A stretch of 64,000 nucleotides of DNA from Candidatus Rokuibacteriota bacterium (lineage in GTDB: Bacteria > Methylomirabilota > Methylomirabilia > Rokubacteriales > CSP1-6). Shown here piece by piece: positions 53,138 to 63,289 of the stretch. The stretch lies in NCBI GenBank assembly GCA_003220495.1, contig QHSP01000016.1:87831-151830 (forward strand). The letters run 5' to 3'. How positions within the stretch are numbered: the stretch's first letter is position 1; every line of letters begins with the position of its first letter. The position numbers and the translations under genes are program-made. The notes beneath the pieces are model-generated. The model was given only the letters and a program-made list of their open reading frames with translations. It was not told where the DNA came from and did not search any database.

Positions 53138-54790
53138 ATGGTCGACACGCTCCTGCCGCGCGGGGAGAGCTACGAAGACGTCTACGGACGCTTCCGCTGG
53201 ACGATCCCGCCGATCTACAACATCGCGATCGACGTCTGCGACCGCCACGCCCACGACCGCTCGCGCGTCGCGCTCGTGTACGAGGACGACGCGGGCTCGG
53301 TGAGCGAGCACACGTTCGCCGAGTTTCGCGCTCGCTCGAACCAGCTCGCGCGGGTCTTCACGAGCCTGGGAATCGAGCGGGGCGATCGCGTCGGAATCGT
53401 GCTGCCGCAGCGGCCCGAGACCGCAGTCGCCCACCTGGCCGCGTACAAGCTCGGCGCCGTCGCCCTGCCGTTGTCGACGCTCTTCGGCCCGGAAGCGCTC
53501 GAATACCGGCTGCGTGACGCCGGCGCGAAGATCATCGTGACGGACGGCGAGAATCTCGAGCGTGTGCTGGCCGTCGCCAAGGGCCTTCCGGCGCTTGCGC
53601 GGGTGATCTCGGTCGATCGTGCCGACGCCGACGGCGTGATCGAGTATGGCGCGGCCATCGCACGCATGCCCGATTCGCTCGAGCCCGTCGCCACGGCGGC
53701 GGAGGATCCGGCGATCCTCATCTACACCTCGGGAACGACCGGGCCGCCGAAGGGCGCGCTGCACGCGCATCGCGTGCTCCTCGGGCATCTGCCCGCGATC
53801 GAGTTCTATCACGAGTACTTTCCGAAGCCGGGCGACCGTCACTGGAGTCCCGCGGACTGGGCGTGGGCCGGCGGGCTGCTCGACGTGCTGCTGCCGAGCT
53901 GGCACTACGGCGTGCCGGTCGTCGCCCATCGCCCGAAGAAGTTCGACGCCGAGCGCGCCTTTGACGTGCTCGCGCGACACCGGGTCCGCAACACGTTCCT
54001 CGTGCCGACGATGCTGAAGATGATGCGCTCGGTCGGCGATCCGCGTGGGCGGTGGCGCATCGAGCTGCGCTCGATGTTCACGGGTGGCGAAGCCGTCGGC
54101 GAGGAGGTGATTCGCTGGGCGCGCGAGGCGCTCGGCGTCACCCCGCACGAGGGCTTCGGGCAGACCGAGGTGAACCTCGTGCTCGGCAACTGCTCGCTCC
54201 TGATGCCGGTGAAGCCCGGGTCGATGGGGCGGCCGATCCCTGGCCACGTCGTCGACGTCGTGGACGAGAAGGGCGCCGCGGTCCCGCCCGGCGAGATCGG
54301 CGAGGTAGCTGTGCGGCGGCCCGACCCGGTGATGTTCCTCCGGTACTGGAACAACGAGCAGGCCACCCACCAGAAGTTCGTCGGAGACTGGGCACTCACC
54401 GGCGATCTCGCCCGAACGGATGCCGACGGCTACTTCTGGTTCGTCGGCCGGAAAGACGACCTGATCTCGAGCGGCGGCTACCGGATCGGGCCGAGCGAAA
54501 TCGAGGACTGCCTGCAGGGCCACCCGGCGGTCGCGCTGGCCGCCGCGATCGGCGCGCCCGATCCGGTTCGGGGCGAGGTGGTCAAGGCGTTCGTTCAGCT
54601 CCACCCCGGAGGCGCCGGGACACCCGAGCTGGCCCGCGAGCTCCAGGCCTGGGTGCGCACACGCCTTTCGGCGCACGAGTACCCACGTGAGATAGAATTT
54701 ATCGAGGCGATCCCGGTGACGACGACGGGCAAGGTGCGACGCGCCGATCTCAGGCAGCTCGAGCGGCGGCGGCGTGGACTGGAGATCTGA
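53138..54790 (+). CDS. AMP-dependent synthetase/ligase (acyl-CoA synthetase)
   Basis: ...ILIYTSGTTGPPKGA... is the AMP-binding motif; ...GYRIGPSEIE... and ...TTGKVRRADL... are the C-terminal motifs. ATG at 53138 was preferred over the track's GTG at 53093. Confidence 0.85.
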   Translation: MVDTLLPRGESYEDVYGRFRWTIPPIYNIAIDVCDRHAHDRSRVALVYEDDAGSVSEHTFAEFRARSNQLARVFTSLGIERGDRVGIVLPQRPETAVAHLAAYKLGAVALPLSTLFGPEALEYRLRDAGAKIIVTDGENLERVLAVAKGLPALARVISVDRADADGVIEYGAAIARMPDSLEPVATAAEDPAILIYTSGTTGPPKGALHAHRVLLGHLPAIEFYHEYFPKPGDRHWSPADWAWAGGLLDVLLPSWHYGVPVVAHRPKKFDAERAFDVLARHRVRNTFLVPTMLKMMRSVGDPRGRWRIELRSMFTGGEAVGEEVIRWAREALGVTPHEGFGQTEVNLVLGNCSLLMPVKPGSMGRPIPGHVVDVVDEKGAAVPPGEIGEVAVRRPDPVMFLRYWNNEQATHQKFVGDWALTGDLARTDADGYFWFVGRKDDLISSGGYRIGPSEIEDCLQGHPAVALAAAIGAPDPVRGEVVKAFVQLHPGGAGTPELARELQAWVRTRLSAHEYPREIEFIEAIPVTTTGKVRRADLRQLERRRRGLEI

Positions 54791-54791
54791 G

Positions 54792-55778
54792 ATGGCCTAC
54801 GACTACAAGAAGCACTTCGGCGAGATCACCTTGACGCAGGATCTGACGACCTTGCCCGAGGAGCGGACGTGGCGTCTGCAGGCGCCCGAGCGGGACACCG
54901 AGCCGCACCAGATCGTGCTCTACCTCGGTTGCAACGTCCTGCGCACCTCGCACATGATCCGCACCGTCACCGCGATCTTCGACCGGCTGGGGCTCGACTA
55001 CGTCGCCGTCGGTGGCCCGACGTACTGCTGCGGCATCGTCCACCACCGAAACGGCGACACCGCGGCGTCGGGCGGCATGAACAAGCGCACCGTCGAGCTC
55101 TTCCAGCGTTACAAGCCCGAAGAGGTCGTGATGTGGTGTCCGTCGTGCATGTTCTTCTACGACGAGATCCAGAAGTTCCAGTGGCCGTTCCCGGTCCGGC
55201 ACACGACGGAGTTCCTGGCCGATCGCCTGCCCTCGATCGAGTTCACGCGTCGCGTCGACGAGGCCGTCGCGCTCCACTATCACAGTCAGAGCGAGCCGCG
55301 CCGCCGCGAGGGGGCCGCGTGCCGTCGCCTGCTGGGAGCGGTGCCGGGCCTGCGCTTCGTCGAGGTCGAGCCCGAGCCGCGCTTCGGTCGCCTCTGCACG
55401 GTGGACGTCCAGGCTCAGCTCGGTCAACAAACATGGGACGCGCTGATCCTCGACGAGATCGACCGGGCGCGCGCCGGCGGCGCGGCGACCCTCGCGACGA
55501 TCTATCACGGCTGCCAGCGACTCATGTGCGGCTTCGAGACCGAGCGCCCGATCGCGATCGAGCACTACCTCTCGGTGTTCGCGCGAGGCCTCGGGATCGA
55601 GTTCGAGGATCGCTACAAGACGTTCCGCCTCTGGCAGGATCCGGAGCGCGTCCTGGAGGAATCGACGCCGTGTCAGACGGCCAATCACGTCGATCCAGCC
55701 CGGGCGCGTCAGCTCGTCGACAAGACGTTCGGCCGCATCAGCACCGGTTCGGACCTCAAGAGTCCGGCGGCATCATAA
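54792..55778 (+). CDS. CCG-domain Fe-S protein (HdrB/GlpC/SdhC-like heterodisulfide reductase subunit B family)
   Basis: MAYDYKKHFGEI...LGCNVLRTSHM...GGPTYCCGIVHH... and ...YHGCQRLMCG... are two Cys-rich CCG motifs. GGAG ribosome-binding site. The ATG lies 1 nt after the acyl-CoA synthetase stop. Confidence 0.8.
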   Translation: MAYDYKKHFGEITLTQDLTTLPEERTWRLQAPERDTEPHQIVLYLGCNVLRTSHMIRTVTAIFDRLGLDYVAVGGPTYCCGIVHHRNGDTAASGGMNKRTVELFQRYKPEEVVMWCPSCMFFYDEIQKFQWPFPVRHTTEFLADRLPSIEFTRRVDEAVALHYHSQSEPRRREGAACRRLLGAVPGLRFVEVEPEPRFGRLCTVDVQAQLGQQTWDALILDEIDRARAGGAATLATIYHGCQRLMCGFETERPIAIEHYLSVFARGLGIEFEDRYKTFRLWQDPERVLEESTPCQTANHVDPARARQLVDKTFGRISTGSDLKSPAAS

Positions 55779-55808
55779 GCGGCCGGACGCTCGCCCGCTA
55801 GCAAACCA

Positions 55809-56828
55809 GTGGAGATCGGGCTCTTCACCGAGTTCGAGTGGCGTCCCGGTGTCGACGAGGCGCAGGCCTTCGACGACTCGTTGAACCAGGTGACGGTCGC
55901 CGAGGACCTCGGCTACGACGCCGTGTGGCTGGCCGAGCTGCACTTCCAGAAGGAGCGCTCGGTCCTGTCCTCACCCCTCGTCGTCGGCGCGACGATCGCC
56001 GGAAGGACCAAGCGCGTCAAGATCGGCTTCGCCGTTCAGGTCCTGCCGCTCATCCATCCCCTGCGCCTCGCCGAGGACGTCGCGACGCTCGATCAGGTGA
56101 GCAAGGGACGACTCGACTTCGGTGTGGGCCGCAGCGGGCTGCCCGGTCACTACACGGGCTTCAACATCCCGTACGAAGAAAGCCAGGAGCGGTTCGACGA
56201 GACGCTCGAGATTCTCCTGAAGGCGTGGACCGAGGAGCGGTTCACGTTCGAGGGCAAGTACTTCCAGTTCCACGACGTCTGCGCGGTCCCCAAACCGTTC
56301 CAGAAGCCGCATCCGCCGCTGCGCGTCGCGGCGACGTCCGAGGAGTCGTATGCGGCCGTCGGGCGCCGGGGGCTGCCGATCTTCCTGGCGGTGCGGACCT
56401 CCAGCATCAGCGAGCTCGAGCGTTACGTCGGCGCGTACCACGCCGCCTGGCGCGACGCCGGCCACCCCGGCCGCGGCGAGGTCGCCGCGATCCTGCCCGT
56501 CTACGTCGCCGACACGGATCGCCGCGCGCGAGAGGAGACCGAGGCCAGTGCGATGCACTTCTATCGCTCGGTCGGCGCGGCGCTCAGCGCCGGGCCACGA
56601 GCGGAGGTGGGTGAGCGCCTGCGGCGGCTGAGCTTCGACCAGGTCTTGAAAGACTTCGCCGTCTACGGCACGCCCGAGCGCGTCGCGGAGCGGCTCGAAG
56701 ACCTGCGCGGGGCCATCGGTTTCACGAAGCTCGCGGCGTGGATGAACGTCGGCTCGCGCGTCCCGCCCGAGCGTGTGCTCGGCTCGATGCGGCTCTTCGC
56801 CGAGCGCGTGACCCCGCGGCTCAGATAG
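55809..56828 (+). CDS. LLM class flavin-dependent oxidoreductase
   Basis: VEIGLFTEFEW...LGYDAVWLAELHF... is the luciferase-like fold. GTG start. Confidence 0.85.
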   Translation: MEIGLFTEFEWRPGVDEAQAFDDSLNQVTVAEDLGYDAVWLAELHFQKERSVLSSPLVVGATIAGRTKRVKIGFAVQVLPLIHPLRLAEDVATLDQVSKGRLDFGVGRSGLPGHYTGFNIPYEESQERFDETLEILLKAWTEERFTFEGKYFQFHDVCAVPKPFQKPHPPLRVAATSEESYAAVGRRGLPIFLAVRTSSISELERYVGAYHAAWRDAGHPGRGEVAAILPVYVADTDRRAREETEASAMHFYRSVGAALSAGPRAEVGERLRRLSFDQVLKDFAVYGTPERVAERLEDLRGAIGFTKLAAWMNVGSRVPPERVLGSMRLFAERVTPRLR

Positions 56829-58488
56829 CCGGGTCGATCCTCACGTCGACCAGGTGTGGTCCGCCGCTCGCCAGCGCACGGCTGACCGCCGGGCCGACGT
56901 CCGGCGCCTTCTCGACCTTCGTGCCAGGAACGCCGAGTGACCGGGCCAGGCCGACGAAGTCGATCTCCGGCCGATCCAGATCCATCGCGACATAGCGATC
57001 GTCCTCGGCCGAGAATCCCTTCAACGCTTTCGTCCGCTGCTTCAGGATCCGGTACGACGTGTTGTTGAAGATGACGTACACGACCGCGAGCGACTCCCGC
57101 GCCGCGGTCCAGAGGGCCTGGTTCGTGTACATCGAGCTGCCGTCGCCGACCAGCGCGAGCACCGGCCGATTCGGCAGCGCGAGCTTCACGCCGAGCGCCG
57201 CCGGTAACCCCCAGCCGATACCGCCGCCGCGCAGCCCGAAGAAGCCCTTCGAGTCGGCGCACTTGAAGAAGTGGCGGATGCCCTGCGAGGACGAGATCGC
57301 CTCGTCGACGATGACCGCGTCGGCCGGCGTCACCTTGGAGACCTCGTGCATGAGGGTCAAGGGAGAGATCGGTACGCGCGAGGCCTCGGCCTCGGCGCGC
57401 TTGGTCAGCTCCGCGCGCTCGGCCGCGAAGGCGGCGGCGACCCCCTCCTTCCGCGTGGCGGCCTGCGGATGGCCGTGCTGGCCGGTGTTGCGGCGGATCG
57501 CTTCCGCCAGCTCGGGCAGGGTCGCCTTGGGCTCGCCGAAGATCGCGACCTCGGCCGGGTAGTTCTTGCCGAGCTCCCACGGATTCACGTCGAGGTGCAC
57601 GACCTTGAGCCCGGGCGGCATCGGGTCGACGTCGTCGGGCAGCGAGAGCGTGAAGATATCGCCGCCGACCGAGAAGAGCAGGTCGTGGCGCATCAGGAGC
57701 GCACGGATCGGCGGGCCGATGCGCGGCATCGAGCCGGCGTGGAGCGGGTGGGTGAACGGGAACGAGCACGTGCTCGCCACCCCCTCGGTGATCACCGGCG
57801 CCCCGATCAGCTCCGCCACCTCGGCGAGCTCGGCGAGCGCGTCGCCGTGGGCGACCGCGTCACCGGCGATGATCACCGGGTTCTGGGCCTTCGCCAGCAG
57901 CTCGGCGGCGCGCGCGACCGCCGCGCGATCACCGACGATGCGCGGCGCGACGCGCGTCGGCGCGCCGAGATCCAGATCGCGCTCGGCGTTCAGGACGTCC
58001 ACCGGCAAGGAGAGGAAGACCGGTCCGCTCGGGTGGGAGAACGCGGTCTTGACCGCGCGGTGCACGATCCGCGGCAGGTCCTCGAGCCGGCGCGCCTCGG
58101 TCGACCACTTCACGAGCGGCGCGGCCATCGGCGGCAGATCCGACCAGAGGATCGGCTCGGTCACGTTGAATCCCTGGTCGTGCTGGCCCGCGGTGAGCAG
58201 CATCGGCGCTCCGGATTTGCTCGCGTCGTAGAGCATGCCCATCGCGTTGCCGAGCCCGGGGGAGACGTGCACGTTCACGGCCGCGAGGCCGCCACTGGCC
58301 TGCGCGTAGGCGTCCGCCATCGCGATGGCGACCGCCTCCTGCAGCGCGAGCACGTAGTGGATGCCGGGCTCGCGCGCGAGCCCGTCCATGAGCGGCAGCT
58401 CCGTGGTGCCGGGATTGCCGAACATGATCGAGACGCCTTCCTGCTTGAGGATCTGGAGGAATGCTTGCTTGCCGGTGATGTAGGCCAT
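56821..58488 (-). CDS. Thiamine pyrophosphate-binding enzyme (acetolactate synthase large subunit/benzoylformate decarboxylase family)
   Basis: MAYITGKQAFLQILKQEGVSIMFGNPGTTELPLMDGL... is the TPP_enzyme_N domain; ...GDGSSMYTNQALWTA... is the TPP-binding motif. ATG at 58486-58488 (complement). Confidence 0.85.
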   Translation of the reverse strand: MAYITGKQAFLQILKQEGVSIMFGNPGTTELPLMDGLAREPGIHYVLALQEAVAIAMADAYAQASGGLAAVNVHVSPGLGNAMGMLYDASKSGAPMLLTAGQHDQGFNVTEPILWSDLPPMAAPLVKWSTEARRLEDLPRIVHRAVKTAFSHPSGPVFLSLPVDVLNAERDLDLGAPTRVAPRIVGDRAAVARAAELLAKAQNPVIIAGDAVAHGDALAELAEVAELIGAPVITEGVASTCSFPFTHPLHAGSMPRIGPPIRALLMRHDLLFSVGGDIFTLSLPDDVDPMPPGLKVVHLDVNPWELGKNYPAEVAIFGEPKATLPELAEAIRRNTGQHGHPQAATRKEGVAAAFAAERAELTKRAEAEASRVPISPLTLMHEVSKVTPADAVIVDEAISSSQGIRHFFKCADSKGFFGLRGGGIGWGLPAALGVKLALPNRPVLALVGDGSSMYTNQALWTAARESLAVVYVIFNNTSYRILKQRTKALKGFSAEDDRYVAMDLDRPEIDFVGLARSLGVPGTKVEKAPDVGPAVSRALASGGPHLVDVRIDPAI

Positions 58489-58550
58489 GGTGGGCGAGAT
58501 GATAATCTCGCCGTCGCTCGGAAGGAAGTGCCTCTGATAAGCTTTCCTTC

Positions 58551-59588
58551 GTGTCACGCCCAGACGCACCGCTCCTCCGCGCCGCCCGCCGCCAGCCGAC
58601 GTCGTACACGCCGGTGTGGCTCATGCGCCAGGCCGGCCGCTACATGCCGGAGTACCGCGCGATGCGCGAGCGCTACGGCTTTCTCGAGCTCGCCCGAAAT
58701 CCGGAGGCGGCCGCCGAGGTCACGCTGCAGCCCGTCGCCCGTCTGGGCGTCGATGCGGCGATCCTCTTCGCCGACATTCTGTTGATCGTCGAGCCGCTCG
58801 GCGTCGGGCTCGAGTTCGCCAAGGGCGAGGGCCCGGTCATCCATCGGCCGGTGCGCAGCGAGGCGGCGATCGCGCGGCTTCCGCGCGTCGACGTCGAGTC
58901 GTCGGTCCCCTTCGTGTTCGAGGCCGTGCGCCGCGTGAAGCAGGCGCTCGCCGGCCAGGTGCCGCTGATCGGCTTCGCCGGCGCGCCCTTCACGGTCGCG
59001 TCGTACGTCGTCGAGGGGGGGCCGTCGCGCGACTACCTGCACACCAAGCGGCTCATGTACGAGGAGCCCGAGGGCTGGGGCCGCCTCATGGGAATCCTCG
59101 TCGACGCGACCGCGCGATATCTCAACGGCCAGATCGCGGCGGGCGCCGAGGCCGTCCAGATCTTCGACTCCTGGGTCGGCGTGCTGGCGCCCGAGGACTA
59201 CCGCACGTTCGTGCTGCCGCACACGCGCGCGCTGATCCGCGCGCTCACGCCGGGGATCCCGGTGATCCACTTCGGAACGGGCACCGCGTCGCTGCTGCCG
59301 TCGATGCGCGCGGCCGGCGGCGACGTGATCGGACTGGACTGGCGGGTGGATCTCGACGCCGGCTGGACGGCCGTCGGCCACGACGTCGCGGTGCAGGGCA
59401 ACCTCGACCCGGTGGTCCTCCTCTCGAAGCCCGCCTACATCCGCCAGCGCGTGAAGGACATCCTCGAGCGTGCCGGCGGCCGCGCGGGGCACATCTTCAA
59501 TCTCGGTCACGGCATTCTCCCGCAGACGCCGGTCGAGCACGCCCACGCGCTGGTCGAGATGGTGCACGAGCTCTCCGATCGGCGATGA
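58551..59588 (+). CDS. hemE: Uroporphyrinogen decarboxylase
   Basis: ...PVWLMRQAGRYMPEYRAMRERYGFLE... GTG start. Confidence 0.9.
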   Translation: MSRPDAPLLRAARRQPTSYTPVWLMRQAGRYMPEYRAMRERYGFLELARNPEAAAEVTLQPVARLGVDAAILFADILLIVEPLGVGLEFAKGEGPVIHRPVRSEAAIARLPRVDVESSVPFVFEAVRRVKQALAGQVPLIGFAGAPFTVASYVVEGGPSRDYLHTKRLMYEEPEGWGRLMGILVDATARYLNGQIAAGAEAVQIFDSWVGVLAPEDYRTFVLPHTRALIRALTPGIPVIHFGTGTASLLPSMRAAGGDVIGLDWRVDLDAGWTAVGHDVAVQGNLDPVVLLSKPAYIRQRVKDILERAGGRAGHIFNLGHGILPQTPVEHAHALVEMVHELSDRR

Positions 59589-60526
59589 GCACCGTCGATT
59601 CCGTCCTGCTCGTCGCCTTCGGCGGGCCGACGGCGCCTCACGAGATCCGACCCTTTCTCGAGATCGTCACACGCGGGCGCGGAATTCCCCCCGCGCGGCT
59701 GGAGGAGGTCGCGCACCACTACGAGCAGATGCCAGGCGGCCGCTCGCCGCTCGCCGAGCTCACGTTCGCGCAGGCGCGCGGGCTCCAGCAGACGCTCGCC
59801 CAGGCCGGGCCCGCGCTGCCGGTGTTCGTCGGAATGCGCAACTGGCATCCGTTCTTACACGAGACGCTCGCCGAGATGGCGGGCAAGGGGGCGCGGCGGA
59901 CGCTCGCCGTCATCCTCTCGCCGCTCCGCGCCGAGGCCTCGTGGGACCGCTACATGCACGACGTCGCCGAGGCGCGGGCGCGCGTGTCCGAGGCGCCCGA
60001 GGTCGGCTTCGCGCCGGCCTGGTTCGAGCACTCACGTTTCGTGGCGGCGGTCGCCGACCGCGCGCGCGCGGCGCTCGGCGAAGTGCCGACGGCTGCGCGT
60101 ACGGAGACGCCGCTGGTGTTCACGGCGCACAGCATTCCGACCGCGATGGCCGCCCTCTCGCCGTACGTGTCGGACTTGACGGCGGCGGCCCGCGCTGTCG
60201 CGAGGCGCCTGGGCCACGCGCGGTGGTCGATCGCCTATCAGAGCCGGAGCGGGAGCCCCCGGCAGCCGTGGCTCGAGCCGGACATCGCCGACGTCCTGCG
60301 ACGGCTGGCGGCGGACGGCGAGCGCCACGCCGTCGTCGTGCCGATCGGTTTCGTGTGCGATCACGTGGAGGTGCTGTACGACCTCGACGTCGAGGCGCGC
60401 CGGGTGGCCGACGGTGTCGGGCTCGCGCTTCATCGCGCCGCCGCCGTGAACGACCATCCGGAGTTCGTCGCGATGCTGGCCGATCTCGTTCGCGGCGCCC
60501 ACGGCGGCGCCCGGGGCTCCCGATGA
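59585..60526 (+). CDS. hemH: Ferrochelatase
   Basis: MSTVDSVLLVAFGGPTAPHEIRPFLEIV... is the ferrochelatase fold. ATGA overlap with the hemE stop. Confidence 0.9.
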   Translation: MSTVDSVLLVAFGGPTAPHEIRPFLEIVTRGRGIPPARLEEVAHHYEQMPGGRSPLAELTFAQARGLQQTLAQAGPALPVFVGMRNWHPFLHETLAEMAGKGARRTLAVILSPLRAEASWDRYMHDVAEARARVSEAPEVGFAPAWFEHSRFVAAVADRARAALGEVPTAARTETPLVFTAHSIPTAMAALSPYVSDLTAAARAVARRLGHARWSIAYQSRSGSPRQPWLEPDIADVLRRLAADGERHAVVVPIGFVCDHVEVLYDLDVEARRVADGVGLALHRAAAVNDHPEFVAMLADLVRGAHGGARGSR

Positions 60527-60548
60527 GGTCGGGCGATGGTGACGTGAG

Positions 60549-61991
60549 ATGACTCGACTGAAGCTCGTCGTCGTCGGCGCCGGGATCACCGGACTCGCGG
60601 CGGCCCATCGCGCCGTCGAGCTCGCGCGCGAGCGCTCGGCCGAGCTCGATCTGACGCTCGTCGATTCACGCGACCGGCTCGGCGGCATCGTCGCGACCGA
60701 GCGCGCCGGCGGATTCCTCGTCGAGGCAGGCCCCGATTCGTTCCTTTCGGAGAAGCCGTGGGCGCTGGCACTCTGCCGGAGGCTCGGCGTCGAGCACCGG
60801 CTCGTGCGCACCGACGATCGGTTCAGAAAGGTCTTCGTCTGGCGCGCCGGGCGTCTCCACGCGCTGCCCGACGGCTTCCAGCTCCTGGCGCCGACGAAGC
60901 TCGGGCCGTTCGTCAAGTCCGGTCTGTTTTCGTGGCGCGGCAAGCTGCGCATGGCCTTCGATCTCGTCCTGCCGCGGGGTACCAGTGACGACGAGAGCCT
61001 CGGGGCCTTCGTGCGCCGCCGACTGGGACGCGAGGCGCTCGAGCGCGTCGCTCAGCCGCTCGTCGCCGGGATCTACACGGCCGATCCCGACGATCTCTCG
61101 CTCTCGGCCACGATGCCGCGGTTCGGCGAGCTCGAGCGGCGCGAGCGGTCCGTCATTCTCGGACTCTGGCGCGCGAGCCGCCGGGCGCCGCAGACAGGGA
61201 CGAGCGGAGCGCGCTGGAGCCTCTTCGTGACCTTCCAGAACGGCATGGAGGAGATGGTCACGACGATCGCCTCGCGCCTGCCGCCGGGCTCGGTGCTCCT
61301 CAAGCATCGTGTGGACGGAATCGAGCGACGTGGTCGAGGCTGGCGCGTGGTCGGCGGCCTGGGCCCCGCGCTCGAAGCGGACCAGGTCATCGTCGCGACC
61401 GAGTCGTACACCGCGAGCCGACTCCTGCGCTACGTCGATCCGGCGCTCGCGACCCTGCTCGGCGAGATTCCGTATGCGTCCTCGGCGACGGTGACGTTCG
61501 GCCTGCGCCGCGCCGACGTTCCGCATCCCCTCGACGGCTTCGGCTTCATCGTTCCGCGCGCCGAGCGGCGCTCGGTGCTCGCGTGCACGTTCTCGAGCGT
61601 GAAGTATCCGGGCCGCGCGCCCGCGGGCCACGTGCTGCTTCGCTGCTTCGTGGGCGGCGCGCTGAACGAAGGCATTCTCGCGTCGGACGATACAGCGTTG
61701 ATCGCGGCAGCGCGAGACGAGCTGCGCGAGGCGCTCGGAATCACCGCCGAGCCCGCGCTCACGCGGGTGGCGCGCTGGACGAAGGCGATGCCCCAGTATC
61801 ACGTCGGCCACCCGGGCCGCGTCGAGACGATCGAGCACTGTGCCGCGGCGGTGCCGGGCTTGCATCTGGCCGGCGGCGCGTATCGGGGCGTCGGGATCGC
61901 CGACTGCGTCAGATCCGGCGAAACGGCTGCCGAGCGAGTCTTCGGTGCGTCGCCGGCGTCAGACCGCGGCGATCGTTCCCAGCTTGAGTAG
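60549..61991 (+). CDS. hemY: Protoporphyrinogen/coproporphyrinogen III oxidase, FAD-dependent (HemY/PPOX type)
   Basis: MTRLKLVVVGAGITGLAAAH is the FAD-binding GxGxxG motif; ...GPDSFLSEKP... follows. 480 aa. Confidence 0.85.
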   Translation: MTRLKLVVVGAGITGLAAAHRAVELARERSAELDLTLVDSRDRLGGIVATERAGGFLVEAGPDSFLSEKPWALALCRRLGVEHRLVRTDDRFRKVFVWRAGRLHALPDGFQLLAPTKLGPFVKSGLFSWRGKLRMAFDLVLPRGTSDDESLGAFVRRRLGREALERVAQPLVAGIYTADPDDLSLSATMPRFGELERRERSVILGLWRASRRAPQTGTSGARWSLFVTFQNGMEEMVTTIASRLPPGSVLLKHRVDGIERRGRGWRVVGGLGPALEADQVIVATESYTASRLLRYVDPALATLLGEIPYASSATVTFGLRRADVPHPLDGFGFIVPRAERRSVLACTFSSVKYPGRAPAGHVLLRCFVGGALNEGILASDDTALIAAARDELREALGITAEPALTRVARWTKAMPQYHVGHPGRVETIEHCAAAVPGLHLAGGAYRGVGIADCVRSGETAAERVFGASPASDRGDRSQLE

Positions 61992-63170
61992 CTCCTCGAT
62001 CCGCTCCCGCGAATAGCCCAGCACCTCGCCGAGCACCACGCGCGTGTGCTCGCCGACCCGATAGGGCGCGCCGCCGCGCGGCTTCACCGGCCGACTGTCG
62101 ACGTGAAACGGCACGGCCGTGATGCGCACGGTGCCCCGCCCGGGATGCTCGATCTCCGGAAACGCCTGCCGCTCCGCCAGGTGGGGATGGGCCACGACCT
62201 CGGCGGGCGAGAGGACGGCGGAGGCGGGAATCCGCGCGGCCGTGAGCGTCTTCACGGCTTCCTGGACCGTCTTGAATCGGTCGAGCCACGTGCAAATGAT
62301 CGGGTGCAGCTCGGCCCAGTGCTCGCGGCGCCCCGCCGGGGTGGCGAAGCGCGCGTCCGACGCGAGGTCGGGCCGATCCATCATGGCCACCAGCCGCGCC
62401 CAGAGCTGTGGCGCTCCGACCGTTTGCATCGCCACGTGACGGCCGCCGAGTCCGTGGACGATCATGCCCGGCCGTGGGCCCGGATACTCCGGCCCGGCGT
62501 TGAGGATGCCCCCGTAGTGGATATCCTCCGCGCCCACCATGCACTCGAGCATCGAGACGTCGAGGTAGGCGCCGCGGCCCGTCCGCGTGCGCCGCCAGAG
62601 GGCGGCCAGGATCGCTCCGAAGGCGTGGGTGCCGGCGAGCACGTCGGCCGCCTGGAGATAGCCGGGCCGCGGCGCCGGATCGGTCTGCTGCTCGAGGTGC
62701 ATGATGCCCGACATCGCGTTGACGATGTGATGGAAGGCCGGCTGCAGACGCAGCGGGCCGCTCTGGCCGAAGCCGGAGATGGAGCAGTACACGAGATCGG
62801 GCTTCACCGCCGACAGCGCCGCGTAGTCACAGCCGAGCTTCGCGACGACGCCGGGCAGGAAGTTCTCGACCACGACGTCGGCGGCTCGCGCCAGGTCCGC
62901 GACGACCTCGCGGGCCTTCGGGTGCGAGAGGTCGAGCGCCAGGCTCGACTTGCCCGCGTTGATCCTGATGAAGTACGTGCCCTGATCGGCGCGGCCGGCT
63001 TCGATCTGGGTGTGGCCGCGCCGGGTGTCGTCGCCCTCGCCCGGGCGCTCGATCTTGATCACGCGCGCGCCGAGATCCGAGAGCAGGCGCGTGCAGTAGG
63101 GGCCGGCCAGCACGCGCGTGAAATCGAGAACGGTGAGACCGGCGAGAAGCGGTTCGTCAGAGCCGGGCAT
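61959..63170 (-). CDS. CoA transferase family III (CaiB/BaiF)
   Basis: 403 aa; LAGLTVLDFTRVLAGPYCTRLLSDLGARVIKIERPGEGDDTR... There is a 33-nt convergent overlap with hemY. Confidence 0.88.
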   Translation of the reverse strand: MPGSDEPLLAGLTVLDFTRVLAGPYCTRLLSDLGARVIKIERPGEGDDTRRGHTQIEAGRADQGTYFIRINAGKSSLALDLSHPKAREVVADLARAADVVVENFLPGVVAKLGCDYAALSAVKPDLVYCSISGFGQSGPLRLQPAFHHIVNAMSGIMHLEQQTDPAPRPGYLQAADVLAGTHAFGAILAALWRRTRTGRGAYLDVSMLECMVGAEDIHYGGILNAGPEYPGPRPGMIVHGLGGRHVAMQTVGAPQLWARLVAMMDRPDLASDARFATPAGRREHWAELHPIICTWLDRFKTVQEAVKTLTAARIPASAVLSPAEVVAHPHLAERQAFPEIEHPGRGTVRITAVPFHVDSRPVKPRGGAPYRVGEHTRVVLGEVLGYSRERIEELLKLGTIAAV

Positions 63171-63289
63171 GGGCGGTCTCCTCGACGTGATTTCTGAGCA
63201 TCAGCGCGCGGATCTTTTGGGCCTCGCCTTCGCGCATTCGGTCCATTAGTCTAGCAGGGCGTTCGATCGGAACCCCCGGGAGGACACGC

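Noticed and set aside
58616-60526. 636-aa ORF spanning the hemE and hemH region
   Set aside because: It is an out-of-frame read-through of hemE joined to hemH. The real hemH starts at ATG 59585 (MSTVDSV...).
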